Source of the DNA: Calditrichia bacterium
GTDB taxonomy: Bacteria; Calditrichota; Calditrichia; RBG-13-44-9; J075
Direction of reading: 5' to 3'
NCBI GenBank assembly: GCA_050633245.1
Contig: JBOEGD010000009.1
Span: forward strand, 273,839 to 337,838
DNA: 64,000 nt
The notes under the pieces were generated by a model. The model worked only from the letters and a program-made list of their open reading frames with translations, did not search any database and was not told the DNA's origin. The first letter of the stretch is position 1. Each line of letters starts with the position of its first letter. The translations under genes and the position numbers were made by a program. Positions 9,735-20,053 of the stretch are shown piece after piece.

Positions 9735-12700
9735 ATGAACACTTCATTAAGACACATTGTACTGCTCAGCTTATTGCTATGCCCTACCCTGCTACTTTCC
9801 GATTGGCGACCGAAGGAAATGAAGGTAAAGGTTGAGCTTCAAAAACCGGAAGATCTGGCAAAACTCACCGAGCTCGGTATCACCCCTGCTCATACGCAAC
9901 TGCCCATAGTTTATCTACACATTATTCCTGCAGAACTCAAAGCTCTTCGCGAAATCGGATTCACCCCTCAGATCCTCATTGCCAGCCTCAGCAATCATTC
10001 CAGGAATTTATTAAAACAGCCGGCTCTGCAAGGTTATCTGGGTTATAATGACATGCTGCATCGCCTGGAAGAACTACAAAAGCAGTATCAACACATTATT
10101 AGACTTCAAACTATCGGTAAAAGCGTTCTTGGACGAAAATTAATCGCAGTAAAAATCAGCGATAACCCTTCATTATCTGAAGCCGAACCTAAGCTTGCAT
10201 TTGATGGCGGATACCATGGCGATGAAATAATCACAACAGAAGTCCTAATACGGTTTATCGAAGACTTTTGCAGTCGTTACGCCACTGACAAACGCGTTCG
10301 ACAGCTTATCAACTCTCGAGAAATTCACGTTCTGCCGCTGGTAAATCCGGACGGCCGGGAAACACTTACACGCCGCAATGCCAATCATGTCGATCTAAAC
10401 CGGGATTGGGGACACCTTTGGAATAGCGCAGGCAACAGTGAGCATCCCTTTTCTCAACCAGAGACGCGCGCAGTGTTAAACTGGATTAATAAGCAAAATT
10501 TTTCCATTCACCAGAGCCTGCATGCCGGAGCGCAGCTAATTTCATATCCCTGGAGCTGCCGTCCTGGAAGAGTGCCGGATGCAGCGCTATTCGACTATCT
10601 GGCTTCCGGCTATGCAACGAGTTCCGGGTATAGCACCTTACAGCTGGGCAGCGGTTACAATGAGCTTTACCCCGTCTGCGGGACCGCCAAGGACGCCTAC
10701 TATGCACTGAACGGCACGCTTGGTTGGACCATGGAATTAACGCAAAACAAAACTCCCGCTTACAGCGAAGTAGATGCAATTTACCAGCAAAACAAACCAT
10801 CGTTTTTGTATCTCCTGCAGCAGGTCGGACACGGCCTCGCGGCAACCATTCAGGATGCGCAAACTGGTAAGCCGGTTATGGCGCGCATAGAAATTCGAAA
10901 CGACCGACAAAATTTCTGGCCGATATACAGTCCACGCGGCTACTTTCACAAGTTTTTATTACAGGGTAAATATGAATTGCGCGTGAGCGCGAACGGATAT
11001 AAAACAGCCGTTTTCCCGAATATCAGCGTGAAGGATACCGGCGCTGTGAAGCTGAACATCGCCTTATCTGCCACCAGTGGATCATACGCCTTTAAAACAA
11101 TGGCTACGCGAGTTCCACAGACCACCAGTGGACTGCTAAAGCCGCCTTTTCAGGCACTCGGCAGCCCTGACAACAGGGGGTATTCTCTGGGCCGAAATGG
11201 CTGGATTATCCTTGACATGGCTGCGGAGGTTAGGGACTTGCCGGGAGACGATTTGCGAATTTTCGAAGCTGGGAATTCAAACGAGGGATATGAGCTCTCT
11301 GTTTCAATAAATCCCCACGGCCCTTGGAAACACATTGGTGGCGGTCGGGGAACTTCAGACTTTGATCTGGCTCGGCACGACATTGCCCGATTTCGCTACT
11401 TGCGAATTGAGGATGATGGCGATGGATTTTCCGGATTGTCCAATGCCGGATTCGACCTGGATGCCGTCGAGAGCAGCCTTTTACCGGGCAATGAGCCTTA
11501 TCTAATTGCTGAATCCTATACGGTGCTGGATACATTAAATAACTTTAATGGTATACTTGAAATCGGAGAAACCGCCGGTATACGAATCAAGCTGGAGAAT
11601 CTCGGAAAACAGACCAGTGCCGCCGGAAAAATACGAGTTCGCCAAGCCTCTCCGGGAATAACAGTTCTTACAGATAGCAGCTCCTTTCCTTCCCTCTCAC
11701 CCGGTGCATCAGTATGGTGTGATGGCTTTGGTCTAAGAATCGAGCCCACAATAAATCTTGAGCGTGAAACAATCGTCCAGCTTGAAATGCGTACTGCAAA
11801 GGGCAAGGCCTGGCTACATCCGCTGAATCTTCAAATAAACAGTGGCGGTCAACTCGAACTCTCTGTGTCCGAATTGACCTTTGATGCGGTATTTATAGAT
11901 TCGCGACAAACGACCCAACTCCAGCTCAACAATAGCGGCAGCGATTCGCTTAAAATATTTCGTCTGCATACCAAAGGGAAGCAATTTAGCGTCGAGCCCT
12001 CCCAGCTAATAATCCCGCCCTTTCAAAGCACGCTCGTAAATGTGTATTATCAGCCGATAGCCGAGCAGCAAGTTAACGATACGCTGCAAATTCTGAGTAA
12101 CGATCCACGATTCCCCAGGAGATATCTGGCGCTATCCGGAAGTGGCATCCAGGCACCGGAGCTTCGTCTGCAAACAGACTCTCTGCACCTTTCTTTATTG
12201 CCAAACGACTCGGCAAGCATTCTTGTTGGACTGCAAAATATTGGGGCGGGCATGCTAAACTACAGCGTGAGCATGGAATTCGAGGCACTAGACGGATTCA
12301 AGCTGAGCAGCAGCGATTCACCGGAAAGCAGGCGCTTTCAGTGGATAAATTATCAAGAATTTGAGCAGCTGGAGTTTACAAGGCAGCAAAAGGCTCAAAA
12401 GGTTTCGCTACCATTTCAGTTCAAATTTCAAGGAAAGAAATATCGAACTATCACTGTTTCAACCAACGGACAGCTCATATTTTCAGATTCAACAAACATT
12501 GACGGGGAATCTGATCTGAAAATATCGGCACTTGGCAGCCAGCTGAGAACCTCAGGAAATAGCAAAATTTCCTATTGGACATCCAAAGATATGTGCGTTT
12601 TTGAGTGGAAAGAAATGTCCTTCGCGAAAAGCGATGGCGTTGCCACTTTTCGTATAACGTTGTCTGCATCAGGGAAAATAGACTTTGCCTTCCGACAGAT

Positions 12701-13313
12701 CACTCAAATCCCCCAGGGCAGTGCTATAGAAATTGTATCCACCAATAAGGAGAATCAAACTCTTCATGCGTTTAAGGAAAGAGAGATCTCAAACTATTCT
12801 GTTTATTCGAGACCCACTATAGAGATTGCTGTAGATTCAGGCAGCAACACCTTGGCGGCAGGCGAAAGCATACCTTTAAAAATGCACCTGAAGACGCTTG
12901 ATTATCACAAGAAGAACGCCCGCTTCAACCTGGTTATCGATAGCAATGCTCCCAACCAACAGCGGACTCGTATTCCAATTTCGCTACAGGTGTCGGAAGA
13001 GCTTCACATAGATGAATTTTCGGGTTCGGTGCCGGAGCAGGTTGAGTTGCAGCAAAATTTCCCAAATCCCTTCAATCCGCAAACGACGATTAGCTTTCGT
13101 CTACCCGAACCCGTTCACGCCAGACTAGTGGTTTATAATACCCTGGGGCAAATTGTAAACACGTTAATTGACGAGCCGCTGTCGACCGGCGAATTTCGTA
13201 TTCCCTGGCGGGCAATAAACGATGTTGGGCAAGTTCTTCCGAGCGGGATTTATTTTTATGAATTAAAGGCGGGTGATTTTTCTCAGATCAGAAAGATGAT
13301 ACTGCTGCACTAA
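9735..13313 (+). CDS. Secreted M14 zinc carboxypeptidase with Ig-like (ASPM/choice-of-anchor D-type) modules and a T9SS-type C-terminal domain
   Basis: Signal peptide; GGYHGDE, NPDG, RRNANHVDLNRDW, SLHAG, TMEL; SNDP Ig motif; QNFPNPFNP...SGIYFY C-terminal domain. Confidence 0.88.
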   Translation: MNTSLRHIVLLSLLLCPTLLLSDWRPKEMKVKVELQKPEDLAKLTELGITPAHTQLPIVYLHIIPAELKALREIGFTPQILIASLSNHSRNLLKQPALQGYLGYNDMLHRLEELQKQYQHIIRLQTIGKSVLGRKLIAVKISDNPSLSEAEPKLAFDGGYHGDEIITTEVLIRFIEDFCSRYATDKRVRQLINSREIHVLPLVNPDGRETLTRRNANHVDLNRDWGHLWNSAGNSEHPFSQPETRAVLNWINKQNFSIHQSLHAGAQLISYPWSCRPGRVPDAALFDYLASGYATSSGYSTLQLGSGYNELYPVCGTAKDAYYALNGTLGWTMELTQNKTPAYSEVDAIYQQNKPSFLYLLQQVGHGLAATIQDAQTGKPVMARIEIRNDRQNFWPIYSPRGYFHKFLLQGKYELRVSANGYKTAVFPNISVKDTGAVKLNIALSATSGSYAFKTMATRVPQTTSGLLKPPFQALGSPDNRGYSLGRNGWIILDMAAEVRDLPGDDLRIFEAGNSNEGYELSVSINPHGPWKHIGGGRGTSDFDLARHDIARFRYLRIEDDGDGFSGLSNAGFDLDAVESSLLPGNEPYLIAESYTVLDTLNNFNGILEIGETAGIRIKLENLGKQTSAAGKIRVRQASPGITVLTDSSSFPSLSPGASVWCDGFGLRIEPTINLERETIVQLEMRTAKGKAWLHPLNLQINSGGQLELSVSELTFDAVFIDSRQTTQLQLNNSGSDSLKIFRLHTKGKQFSVEPSQLIIPPFQSTLVNVYYQPIAEQQVNDTLQILSNDPRFPRRYLALSGSGIQAPELRLQTDSLHLSLLPNDSASILVGLQNIGAGMLNYSVSMEFEALDGFKLSSSDSPESRRFQWINYQEFEQLEFTRQQKAQKVSLPFQFKFQGKKYRTITVSTNGQLIFSDSTNIDGESDLKISALGSQLRTSGNSKISYWTSKDMCVFEWKEMSFAKSDGVATFRITLSASGKIDFAFRQITQIPQGSAIEIVSTNKENQTLHAFKEREISNYSVYSRPTIEIAVDSGSNTLAAGESIPLKMHLKTLDYHKKNARFNLVIDSNAPNQQRTRIPISLQVSEELHIDEFSGSVPEQVELQQNFPNPFNPQTTISFRLPEPVHARLVVYNTLGQIVNTLIDEPLSTGEFRIPWRAINDVGQVLPSGIYFYELKAGDFSQIRKMILLH

Positions 13314-13365
13314 TAGTTCTCTGCTTCGGCCTACAGCCTTAGCTGCCAGGTGGTAGGTTGTTGGA

Positions 13366-13686
13366 CGTCCCGGAGAGGCTTTTTGGACGCTTCGCTTATC
13401 GGGCACTGCGTTGATTGGGTGTTCCGGAGGGGCTTATTGGAAAAGATTCTCACCTTCAAGTATTGCATTCTATTTGTTCCCATAAACGAGCAAAGAGAGC
13501 GAACCATCAGTTCCGAGAATCGGGATGCCCTAAACGCAGTGAGCGGCCTATCAGCACCGCAGGTGCGTCCTGTCCGTTCCGAAGGAACGCCATATGAGCA
13601 AAGCGCTCTCTTTGTTCCCATTAGCGAACAAAGAGAGCGCCCTATCAGCGAAACGCCCCATCTGTTCCAAAGGAGCGCCCCGTGAG
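13366..13686. repeat. Mosaic of REP-like direct and inverted repeats between convergent genes
   Basis: Perfect 15-bp inverted repeat GCGCTCTCTTTGTTC/GAACAAAGAGAGCGC at 13603-13640. TTTGTTCCCAT...CAAAGAGAGCG occurs at 13473 and 13611. CCTATCAGC and GTTCC-AAGGA-CGCC are each duplicated. Confidence 0.7.
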
Positions 13687-13698
13687 TCATTTCAATTT

Positions 13699-15057
13699 CT
13701 AGCTTTTATCCTTTACTAAATCTACGCGATTCAGCTTGACCTTCTTAAAGCTCTCATCACTGATTACATAGTACCAGTTAGCAAAGCGATCATTCAAATC
13801 ATCTGCCAGCTTGCGGCCGTCATCAACCTGTTTTTGCCAGGTATCGTAAGCCAACTGTAAAGCCTGATTAGCACGATCTGAATCAGTAAACAAGCTATCG
13901 GCTTTTCCAACAAAATCGGTATTAGCCGGCTTTCGCGGTTCTTTAAAACGATCTTCCTGAAAGGATGTTGTTACGAACAAATACCGGTTTTCTGCTGGTC
14001 CGGATGTATTGGCTTCACCACCACCGGCACTTACTTCAAGACCGCTTCCATAGGCAACTTCACCAAATCGCAGCGTATACAAGATACCAGTCTTCGTACC
14101 AACCTGAACTTCACCTTCATTAGAGAACAATCCGGAACCTTCAACCAGATAGTAGCCTTTGCTTTGCAACGACATTAAATCTGACATTTCCATTCCAGTA
14201 TCATTGGACGAACGCTTTAGACTTGCAGAAAGCCCTTTTGGCTTCGGGCGCACACCAACGATGCTCAGCTCATCAATAGCCTTCATCAGCTCGGTAATCT
14301 TGGTGGTATTCGTCTCTTTACTACGCGGCATGCGATTCATCTTCCAGGCAGCGCCCTCACGAGCCAACGTGATCTCATCGCGCTCATTGATACGTCCCTG
14401 ACGTTCGTTTACGCGATAGTCCTTGATGGTGACCATATCGATATCATCAGGTCCCGGAACCTGAAGCAGATCTGCTTCAATCCAGTCGCTGAACTTGGTT
14501 GAGACATCAAAATCCGTGCGAACGGCGTAGATGCGCTTTTGATCGGGAATGCGCAGAAAACGAAATCCTTCGCGTCCCTCAATCTTGTTGCCCAAAATAT
14601 AATCGGCCAGCACTTTATCATTTGCTCCGCGAATAGTAACGCGCTCACCACGCCCGACAAGACTAGTGGCGCTTTCATCCAGCGGGTCGACAACGCCACA
14701 GGCTTCCCAATCGGAGGTATTATCTGAGCGATAGTCGTCCTTAACGATACCAATCGCTCCGGCAGCCGTTTTAGAAAGGCGATCTGCACCATCTGCAGGA
14801 TAGCTATTGTGAGATGGAATCGACCATCTTCCATCCGCAAAGACGACCTTAAACGGAATCGCTTCGCCAGTCTCTTCATCCCAGCGAATAACCTCCAAAG
14901 AAGTAGCCTCATTGGGATCTGTGAATTCCGGATAAAACGCTTCGCCCTGATCGATAAATGCATCAGGCGTAATGCGGCTCGGTGTGGTAATCAACGCAAG
15001 AAGCAGAAGTCCCAGCGCAACACCGGCAAACATATATGTTGTTTTCTTCTCATTCAT
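13699..15057 (-). CDS. DUF4340-domain protein (accessory to Gld-type ABC transporter)
   Basis: N-terminal TM helix, W.I.SH..YPAD, and the typical position after a GldG-like gene. Confidence 0.8.
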   Translation of the reverse strand: MNEKKTTYMFAGVALGLLLLALITTPSRITPDAFIDQGEAFYPEFTDPNEATSLEVIRWDEETGEAIPFKVVFADGRWSIPSHNSYPADGADRLSKTAAGAIGIVKDDYRSDNTSDWEACGVVDPLDESATSLVGRGERVTIRGANDKVLADYILGNKIEGREGFRFLRIPDQKRIYAVRTDFDVSTKFSDWIEADLLQVPGPDDIDMVTIKDYRVNERQGRINERDEITLAREGAAWKMNRMPRSKETNTTKITELMKAIDELSIVGVRPKPKGLSASLKRSSNDTGMEMSDLMSLQSKGYYLVEGSGLFSNEGEVQVGTKTGILYTLRFGEVAYGSGLEVSAGGGEANTSGPAENRYLFVTTSFQEDRFKEPRKPANTDFVGKADSLFTDSDRANQALQLAYDTWQKQVDDGRKLADDLNDRFANWYYVISDESFKKVKLNRVDLVKDKS

Positions 15058-15060
15058 CGC

Positions 15061-17727
15061 TTAGCTCCTTAATCGTCTTGCTGAGGATACGCTATCTTCT
15101 TCACGCTTACGACGACGCATGAAGATCATCATTCCAATAATTATAACCGGAATGGGTGGAATTAGAACCGCCAATGTTTTGATGCGACTTTGGATAGCGC
15201 GTATCTGACTTTCCATGCGCTCCTTACTATCAGCAATCTTGGCATCGCGTTCTGCTTCAATATTTTGCTTAAGAGCATCGAACTTTCGCTGCTCCGCTTC
15301 GCGAATATTTGTAGACATAATACGCTTGGTCTGATTATCGACATCCGTACGCTGCTGAACCTCGGCCACGCGTTCTTCCAAACGCTGCTGTGCATTCTGT
15401 AGTGCGACCTGTGCTTCAGACTCTGCCTTTTGCTCATCGGCAGATCGCTCTTCAACAAAGTTTTGAATATTACCTTCAACGCGTTCCAGGGTGCGATGTT
15501 GCACACGTCGGCTGCGAAGGGCAATAAATGAATCGTCCCCCATAACCATATCCATCGAATTCAGGAAGAAGGAAACGTTATCGAAATTCAATCCACCAAC
15601 TCCCTGCTTGCGAATTTCAAAGAACTGCTCGGAAATAAAGTCGATGTCTGCAATAACAAGCGCCTTAATCGGTTTAACGGCGGCAGCTCCGGAATCGCTG
15701 GAAGCTGCGCGAGTAAGGCTCGCAGCAAAGGTGTAGTCGACTGTGTTCGGACGATGCGGCAGACCGCGAGTATTCAGCTGAGTACCAAAAAAGCTACGCT
15801 GCACCATTCGTCCATATTCCTGAGTGGCGGACTTGAAGCCGGACCGAACCAGCGGCTGGAAGTCAATATCCGAACCTGAGGCTTTGTTGATAAAGCCCGG
15901 GAACATCAGCACCAGTTCCTGAAGCTTTGCACTTGCCGGTTGATCGGTATTAAACGTTTCCGGATTCTGATTACCACGTCCTATAAAGACCACTTCCGGC
16001 GGCAGATTGCTAAAATCCGGATGCGGGTTGTAAGCATCCCATACAATTTGCGTCTTATTCCAGTTAACACCCAGTTTGTTCATAAAGGCCTCAATATTGC
16101 CTTTCGGCTTGGGTGGCGGGCCTTGCTGCTGCTGAAATGGATTCTTGTTTCCATCCGATTTCTCTGATGGTGAAAGAGATAAATCAACAACGGGCAGTGG
16201 ATCGACCAACAGCAATGTTGGAACACCGGTTTCGATGAAATTCATAACGTTGTCCATTTCGTCCTGCGCCATAGAAGATGGCATTGGAACAACCAGTCCG
16301 TCAACTTCCTCGGTAATTGCCGCAGCAGGTGCAATGCGTACCACTTCATACTGCTTCTTTAATTCGGCAACAACCTGCCAGGACGGTTTGGTATTCATCG
16401 TCTGAAAATCAAATCCACCAAAGACATCGGCTTTCGTTACTACTACGCCGACTTTTTTACGTGCCGTCTTTGCAACGGTGCGAATACTGCGAACCAGTTC
16501 ATATTCAGTCGGAAGTCCCGGTTCGAAGAAGGGAATTACTTCCTCTTCAGCACCACATGTAAAGGCAACGCCCATAAACACCTGGTTAATCGAAGCACGT
16601 GCGCTTCCGGGGTCAGGCACTTCGCGTGGCACAATACCAAACTTCTCACGTGCATCCCGCGCTTCCTGAGTATAAGGTTCGGTATCGTGAATGAGTACCT
16701 GAACCTTAGAACCACCCTCAGAATCGATTTCGGTGAGGAAATCTACCAGGTTGGCACGTGTTTGAACCAGCTGCTGCGGCACGTCCTTGCTGATATAGGC
16801 CTGTATCAATACCGGGCGATCATCCGGAATTTCACCAAGCAATTGCGGCGTTTCGCCAGACAACGAGTGTAGCTGCTCCGCGGTGGTATCGAGACGTACA
16901 TCCATGCGACCGATAACGGCATTAAGGCTAATGAGTCCGACAACCAGTGCGGCAGCGCGAATTCCGTGGTGCATACTCATCTTCATACCGTCGGCTTCAT
17001 TCGGCCACAGACGGCGTCCAATAAACACGACGTTGAAGTAAATCATGAGTGCGGTAAGTGACAGAAAATAGAAGAGACCGGAGAAGCTGACAACGCCTCT
17101 GGCGAAATCACCAAAATGTCCCGTTACGCCAAGCGGCGATAAAAAGTCTCGCAGACCGTCACCAAAGATGCCACCAAATGCTCCTATAAATACAAAGAAA
17201 GCACAGAAAAGCGCTCCGAGCACAAACGAAATCGTCGCATTCTTAGAAAACAACGAGGCAAACATGCCAATGGCAATAAAAGCAACGCCAATCAGCCAAT
17301 AGCCAAAGTAGTTACCAAACATCAAACCGATATCCGGGCTTCCCAGCCAGAACAAGACGAACACATGGCTTACAGATAGTGCAAGCGATGCGGTGTAGAT
17401 GCCTACAGCTGCCAGGAATTTACCCAGAACAATTTCCAAATCGGTTCCCGGTAGCGTTAGCAACAGTTCGTCGGTTCCCTGTTTACGCTCATCAGCCCAA
17501 ATCCCCATCGTAAGCGCGGGAATAAAAAACATAAGAATGAGCGGGAACAGCTGGTTTAGCTGATTAAGGTTTGCCAGGTTATTGGCAAAGAAACGCGCTT
17601 GCCAGAATGCGGCGACGGCGCTTAAAAAAATAAACAGCGTTATAAATACATATCCGGTGGGGTTCGTAAAATAGAGACGCAAATCCCTCCGAAAAATTGC
17701 TTTCACAATATTCCAGTTTACATTCAT
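15061..17727 (-). CDS. Fused GldF-like ABC-2 permease / GldG-like auxiliary component
   Basis: RRDLRLYFTNPTGYVF, WADERKQGTDELLLTLP, RLDTTAEQLHSLS, EYELVRSI, VIADIDF, coiled coil, C-terminal TM helix. Confidence 0.88.
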   Translation of the reverse strand: MNVNWNIVKAIFRRDLRLYFTNPTGYVFITLFIFLSAVAAFWQARFFANNLANLNQLNQLFPLILMFFIPALTMGIWADERKQGTDELLLTLPGTDLEIVLGKFLAAVGIYTASLALSVSHVFVLFWLGSPDIGLMFGNYFGYWLIGVAFIAIGMFASLFSKNATISFVLGALFCAFFVFIGAFGGIFGDGLRDFLSPLGVTGHFGDFARGVVSFSGLFYFLSLTALMIYFNVVFIGRRLWPNEADGMKMSMHHGIRAAALVVGLISLNAVIGRMDVRLDTTAEQLHSLSGETPQLLGEIPDDRPVLIQAYISKDVPQQLVQTRANLVDFLTEIDSEGGSKVQVLIHDTEPYTQEARDAREKFGIVPREVPDPGSARASINQVFMGVAFTCGAEEEVIPFFEPGLPTEYELVRSIRTVAKTARKKVGVVVTKADVFGGFDFQTMNTKPSWQVVAELKKQYEVVRIAPAAAITEEVDGLVVPMPSSMAQDEMDNVMNFIETGVPTLLLVDPLPVVDLSLSPSEKSDGNKNPFQQQQGPPPKPKGNIEAFMNKLGVNWNKTQIVWDAYNPHPDFSNLPPEVVFIGRGNQNPETFNTDQPASAKLQELVLMFPGFINKASGSDIDFQPLVRSGFKSATQEYGRMVQRSFFGTQLNTRGLPHRPNTVDYTFAASLTRAASSDSGAAAVKPIKALVIADIDFISEQFFEIRKQGVGGLNFDNVSFFLNSMDMVMGDDSFIALRSRRVQHRTLERVEGNIQNFVEERSADEQKAESEAQVALQNAQQRLEERVAEVQQRTDVDNQTKRIMSTNIREAEQRKFDALKQNIEAERDAKIADSKERMESQIRAIQSRIKTLAVLIPPIPVIIIGMMIFMRRRKREEDSVSSARRLRS

Positions 17728-18482
17728 GCCTTCTCCTCCTTACCAGCGATGTGGCCATTTCCGGTAAGACGATAAAACGGTTTCTCTAATGATCCGCTTT
17801 CACGTAGCTCTGCGGTTGAACCATTAAATACGAGTTTGCCTTCATTTATAAAGACCACATGATCGGCCACAGCATCTACTTCTTGCAGAATGTGTGTGGA
17901 CAACAGAATGGTCTTGGACTTCCCAAGCTCCTTAATATTCGCACGGAAGTCACGAATCTGATTCGGATCGAGACCGGAAGTCGGTTCATCCATAATCAGC
18001 ACGTCGGGGTCGTGCAGCAATGCCTGCGCAAGACCAACGCGCTGACGATATCCGCGAGAGAGTTTACCGATCGGCTTTTCCAGCACCTGCTGTAAGGCAC
18101 ACTGTTCGGTTACAGCTTTCACGCGTTTGTCCAACATATCTTCTGTCATGCCACGCGCTTCACCAAAGAACTGTAGCAGTTCCAGCGGAGTCATGTCTAA
18201 ATAGAGTGGTCCGTTCTCGGGAAGATAACCAAGCCGTTTGGCGGCCTGTAGGCGATCCGTAAGCACATCGTGGCCGGCAATAGTTGCCCTACCCTCACTT
18301 GGAGCAAGAAAACCGGTGAGGATTTTCATGGTAGTGGATTTGCCTGCGCCATTTGGGCCTAGAAACGCGGTTATCTGACCTTCCGGTATCGAGAACGAGA
18401 CATCTTTGATGGCAACGAATGAACCGTAGAATTTACTCAGGCCATTCGCTTCAATCATGGTTTTTGACGATTTGTCAGCCAT
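17724..18482 (-). CDS. ABC transporter ATP-binding protein, GldA-like
   Basis: GPNGAGKST, LSRGYRQR, IMDEPTSGLDPNQI, STHILQEV. Confidence 0.92.
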   Translation of the reverse strand: MADKSSKTMIEANGLSKFYGSFVAIKDVSFSIPEGQITAFLGPNGAGKSTTMKILTGFLAPSEGRATIAGHDVLTDRLQAAKRLGYLPENGPLYLDMTPLELLQFFGEARGMTEDMLDKRVKAVTEQCALQQVLEKPIGKLSRGYRQRVGLAQALLHDPDVLIMDEPTSGLDPNQIRDFRANIKELGKSKTILLSTHILQEVDAVADHVVFINEGKLVFNGSTAELRESGSLEKPFYRLTGNGHIAGKEEKA

Positions 18483-18896
18483 ATGTCACCTCGTTTAAAA
18501 GACCTTGAAGAGTTAATTAAATGTCGCTATGCGACGGTAGCAAAAGAGTGTTTTGCTAGCTTGTATGACAAAGTTTTGAATTTGTTTCACCACGATCCGG
18601 ATTTTTGCGGTGTCCGGTTTCTCCAGCGGTGAAGCGGCAAGAAATTACGGCATTTTATCAATCTATTCAACGGTTTTTGGAAAAAATCGCGCGAAGTGCG
18701 CAGAGTAAAATCATTTCGCTGAAAATCCGGGCTAAAATCCGGCAATCAGCTCTTCAATTAACTCAACAGCAGCGCTAAAAAGAGGTATTCGAATCTGGAG
18801 AAAGAATTCTGAAAAATGATCAGCTTCGGAGGACAAAGTCTCAACAGATTGCCATTCATTCGCTTCATAGAACGTCAAATTGATTCACTTTTTGCT

Positions 18897-20051
18897 CTAC
18901 ACAAAATATAGACGGTTTTCCCGCAGCAGCCAAATGCTAGAACAAACCATCGAAATCGGTGTCGAACAGGCAATCAAATGCCAGATAAAGCAAAGCTGAG
19001 GTGACGATTCCAATCCCGTATTCAGGATAAACTGAAGCGGCAGCGCAAAGGGAAGCAGCGCAAGCAAAAACAGCGGAGAAAGATGCACCTTATGTTTCCA
19101 AAAGACTGGTATGGCCAGCACGACAAGAAGAACCAGGTCGTAAGCCCGGTGATAGGTTAACAGAAAGAACAGGCTGTTTGTCAATAGCAACAGAGTTAAA
19201 TCGTCCAGCTGATTTGAGTAGCGATAAAGCAGCGTCAATCCTACAACAGCTACAGCGCCGAGCAAAATGAGCAATCCTATTCCCTCAACTCCAAAAACAG
19301 CGGCCAACGGAGCAAGATCCATTCTGCCGGACGTGCCCATCAGAAGATAGCTGTTCACACCAGTAGATTCGAATGACGATACACTTATCCAAAGCTGCTT
19401 CCAGTAGCCGATTGGACCAGCAGAGAAAATAAAGGTGCTGGAAAAGTGCAGTAGTAGAGCAATAAATCCTGCGGTAACCGTCTGCCATATTTCACGTCGC
19501 AATAGCAGAAAAAGGAAAAACGGCACCGCAAGCGTTAGCTTCAACGTTGCAGCTCCCAGCGCAATAAGAGGTAGCCAGGTTTTATCCCGATGGTTATCAA
19601 AAAACCAAAGCAGCAGAAAAATAACCGGCAACGACATTTGTCCGGCGGCAAGCGCCAGCCAACTGCCCTTAAACAGAAGGATGGAGAGAATAACACAGAC
19701 TGCAAGGAAGACCGACAGATCTGAAGGAAGTTTCCGTAGTGTAGAATGAATAAGCCAGCCGAGCATTAACAGAGACATTGACAGCCACAAAAGACGTGCA
19801 ATATCCCATGACAATGCACCAAGCCCGGCCAAAACCGGAAAAGCAAGCGGAAGATAGGGAGGAACAAAAGGTGGCTTTAAGGAAGGTTTTTCCTGATTAT
19901 CGGAAAGCAGCAGATGTACAGCTCTAACATGGCTGGATAAATCCCACTGCGAGGAATCTGTCCAGAGTCCTTTAGCGCCGTAGCGATATCCGCCTGCGAA
20001 GGCGGAGATACCAACTAGTAAAATCAGCACATAGCGAGCCGATATCTGCAT
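18897..20051 (-). CDS. Polytopic membrane glycosyltransferase, GT87/DUF2029-like (GT-C)
   Basis: Many TM helices; PPYLP, GQMS, LKLTL and YHRAYDL match the YPP/GQ/K/H..YD pattern of GT87. Confidence 0.65.
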   Translation of the reverse strand: MQISARYVLILLVGISAFAGGYRYGAKGLWTDSSQWDLSSHVRAVHLLLSDNQEKPSLKPPFVPPYLPLAFPVLAGLGALSWDIARLLWLSMSLLMLGWLIHSTLRKLPSDLSVFLAVCVILSILLFKGSWLALAAGQMSLPVIFLLLWFFDNHRDKTWLPLIALGAATLKLTLAVPFFLFLLLRREIWQTVTAGFIALLLHFSSTFIFSAGPIGYWKQLWISVSSFESTGVNSYLLMGTSGRMDLAPLAAVFGVEGIGLLILLGAVAVVGLTLLYRYSNQLDDLTLLLLTNSLFFLLTYHRAYDLVLLVVLAIPVFWKHKVHLSPLFLLALLPFALPLQFILNTGLESSPQLCFIWHLIACSTPISMVCSSIWLLRENRLYFV

Positions 20052-20053
20052 GG

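Noticed and set aside
13366-13686. Possible CRISPR mini-array
   Set aside because: Only two imperfect copies per repeat, irregular spacing, and no cas genes in the window.
13331-13690. ORFs of 111 and 119 aa on both strands
   Set aside because: They are translations of the repeat mosaic, with no RBS or protein-like features.
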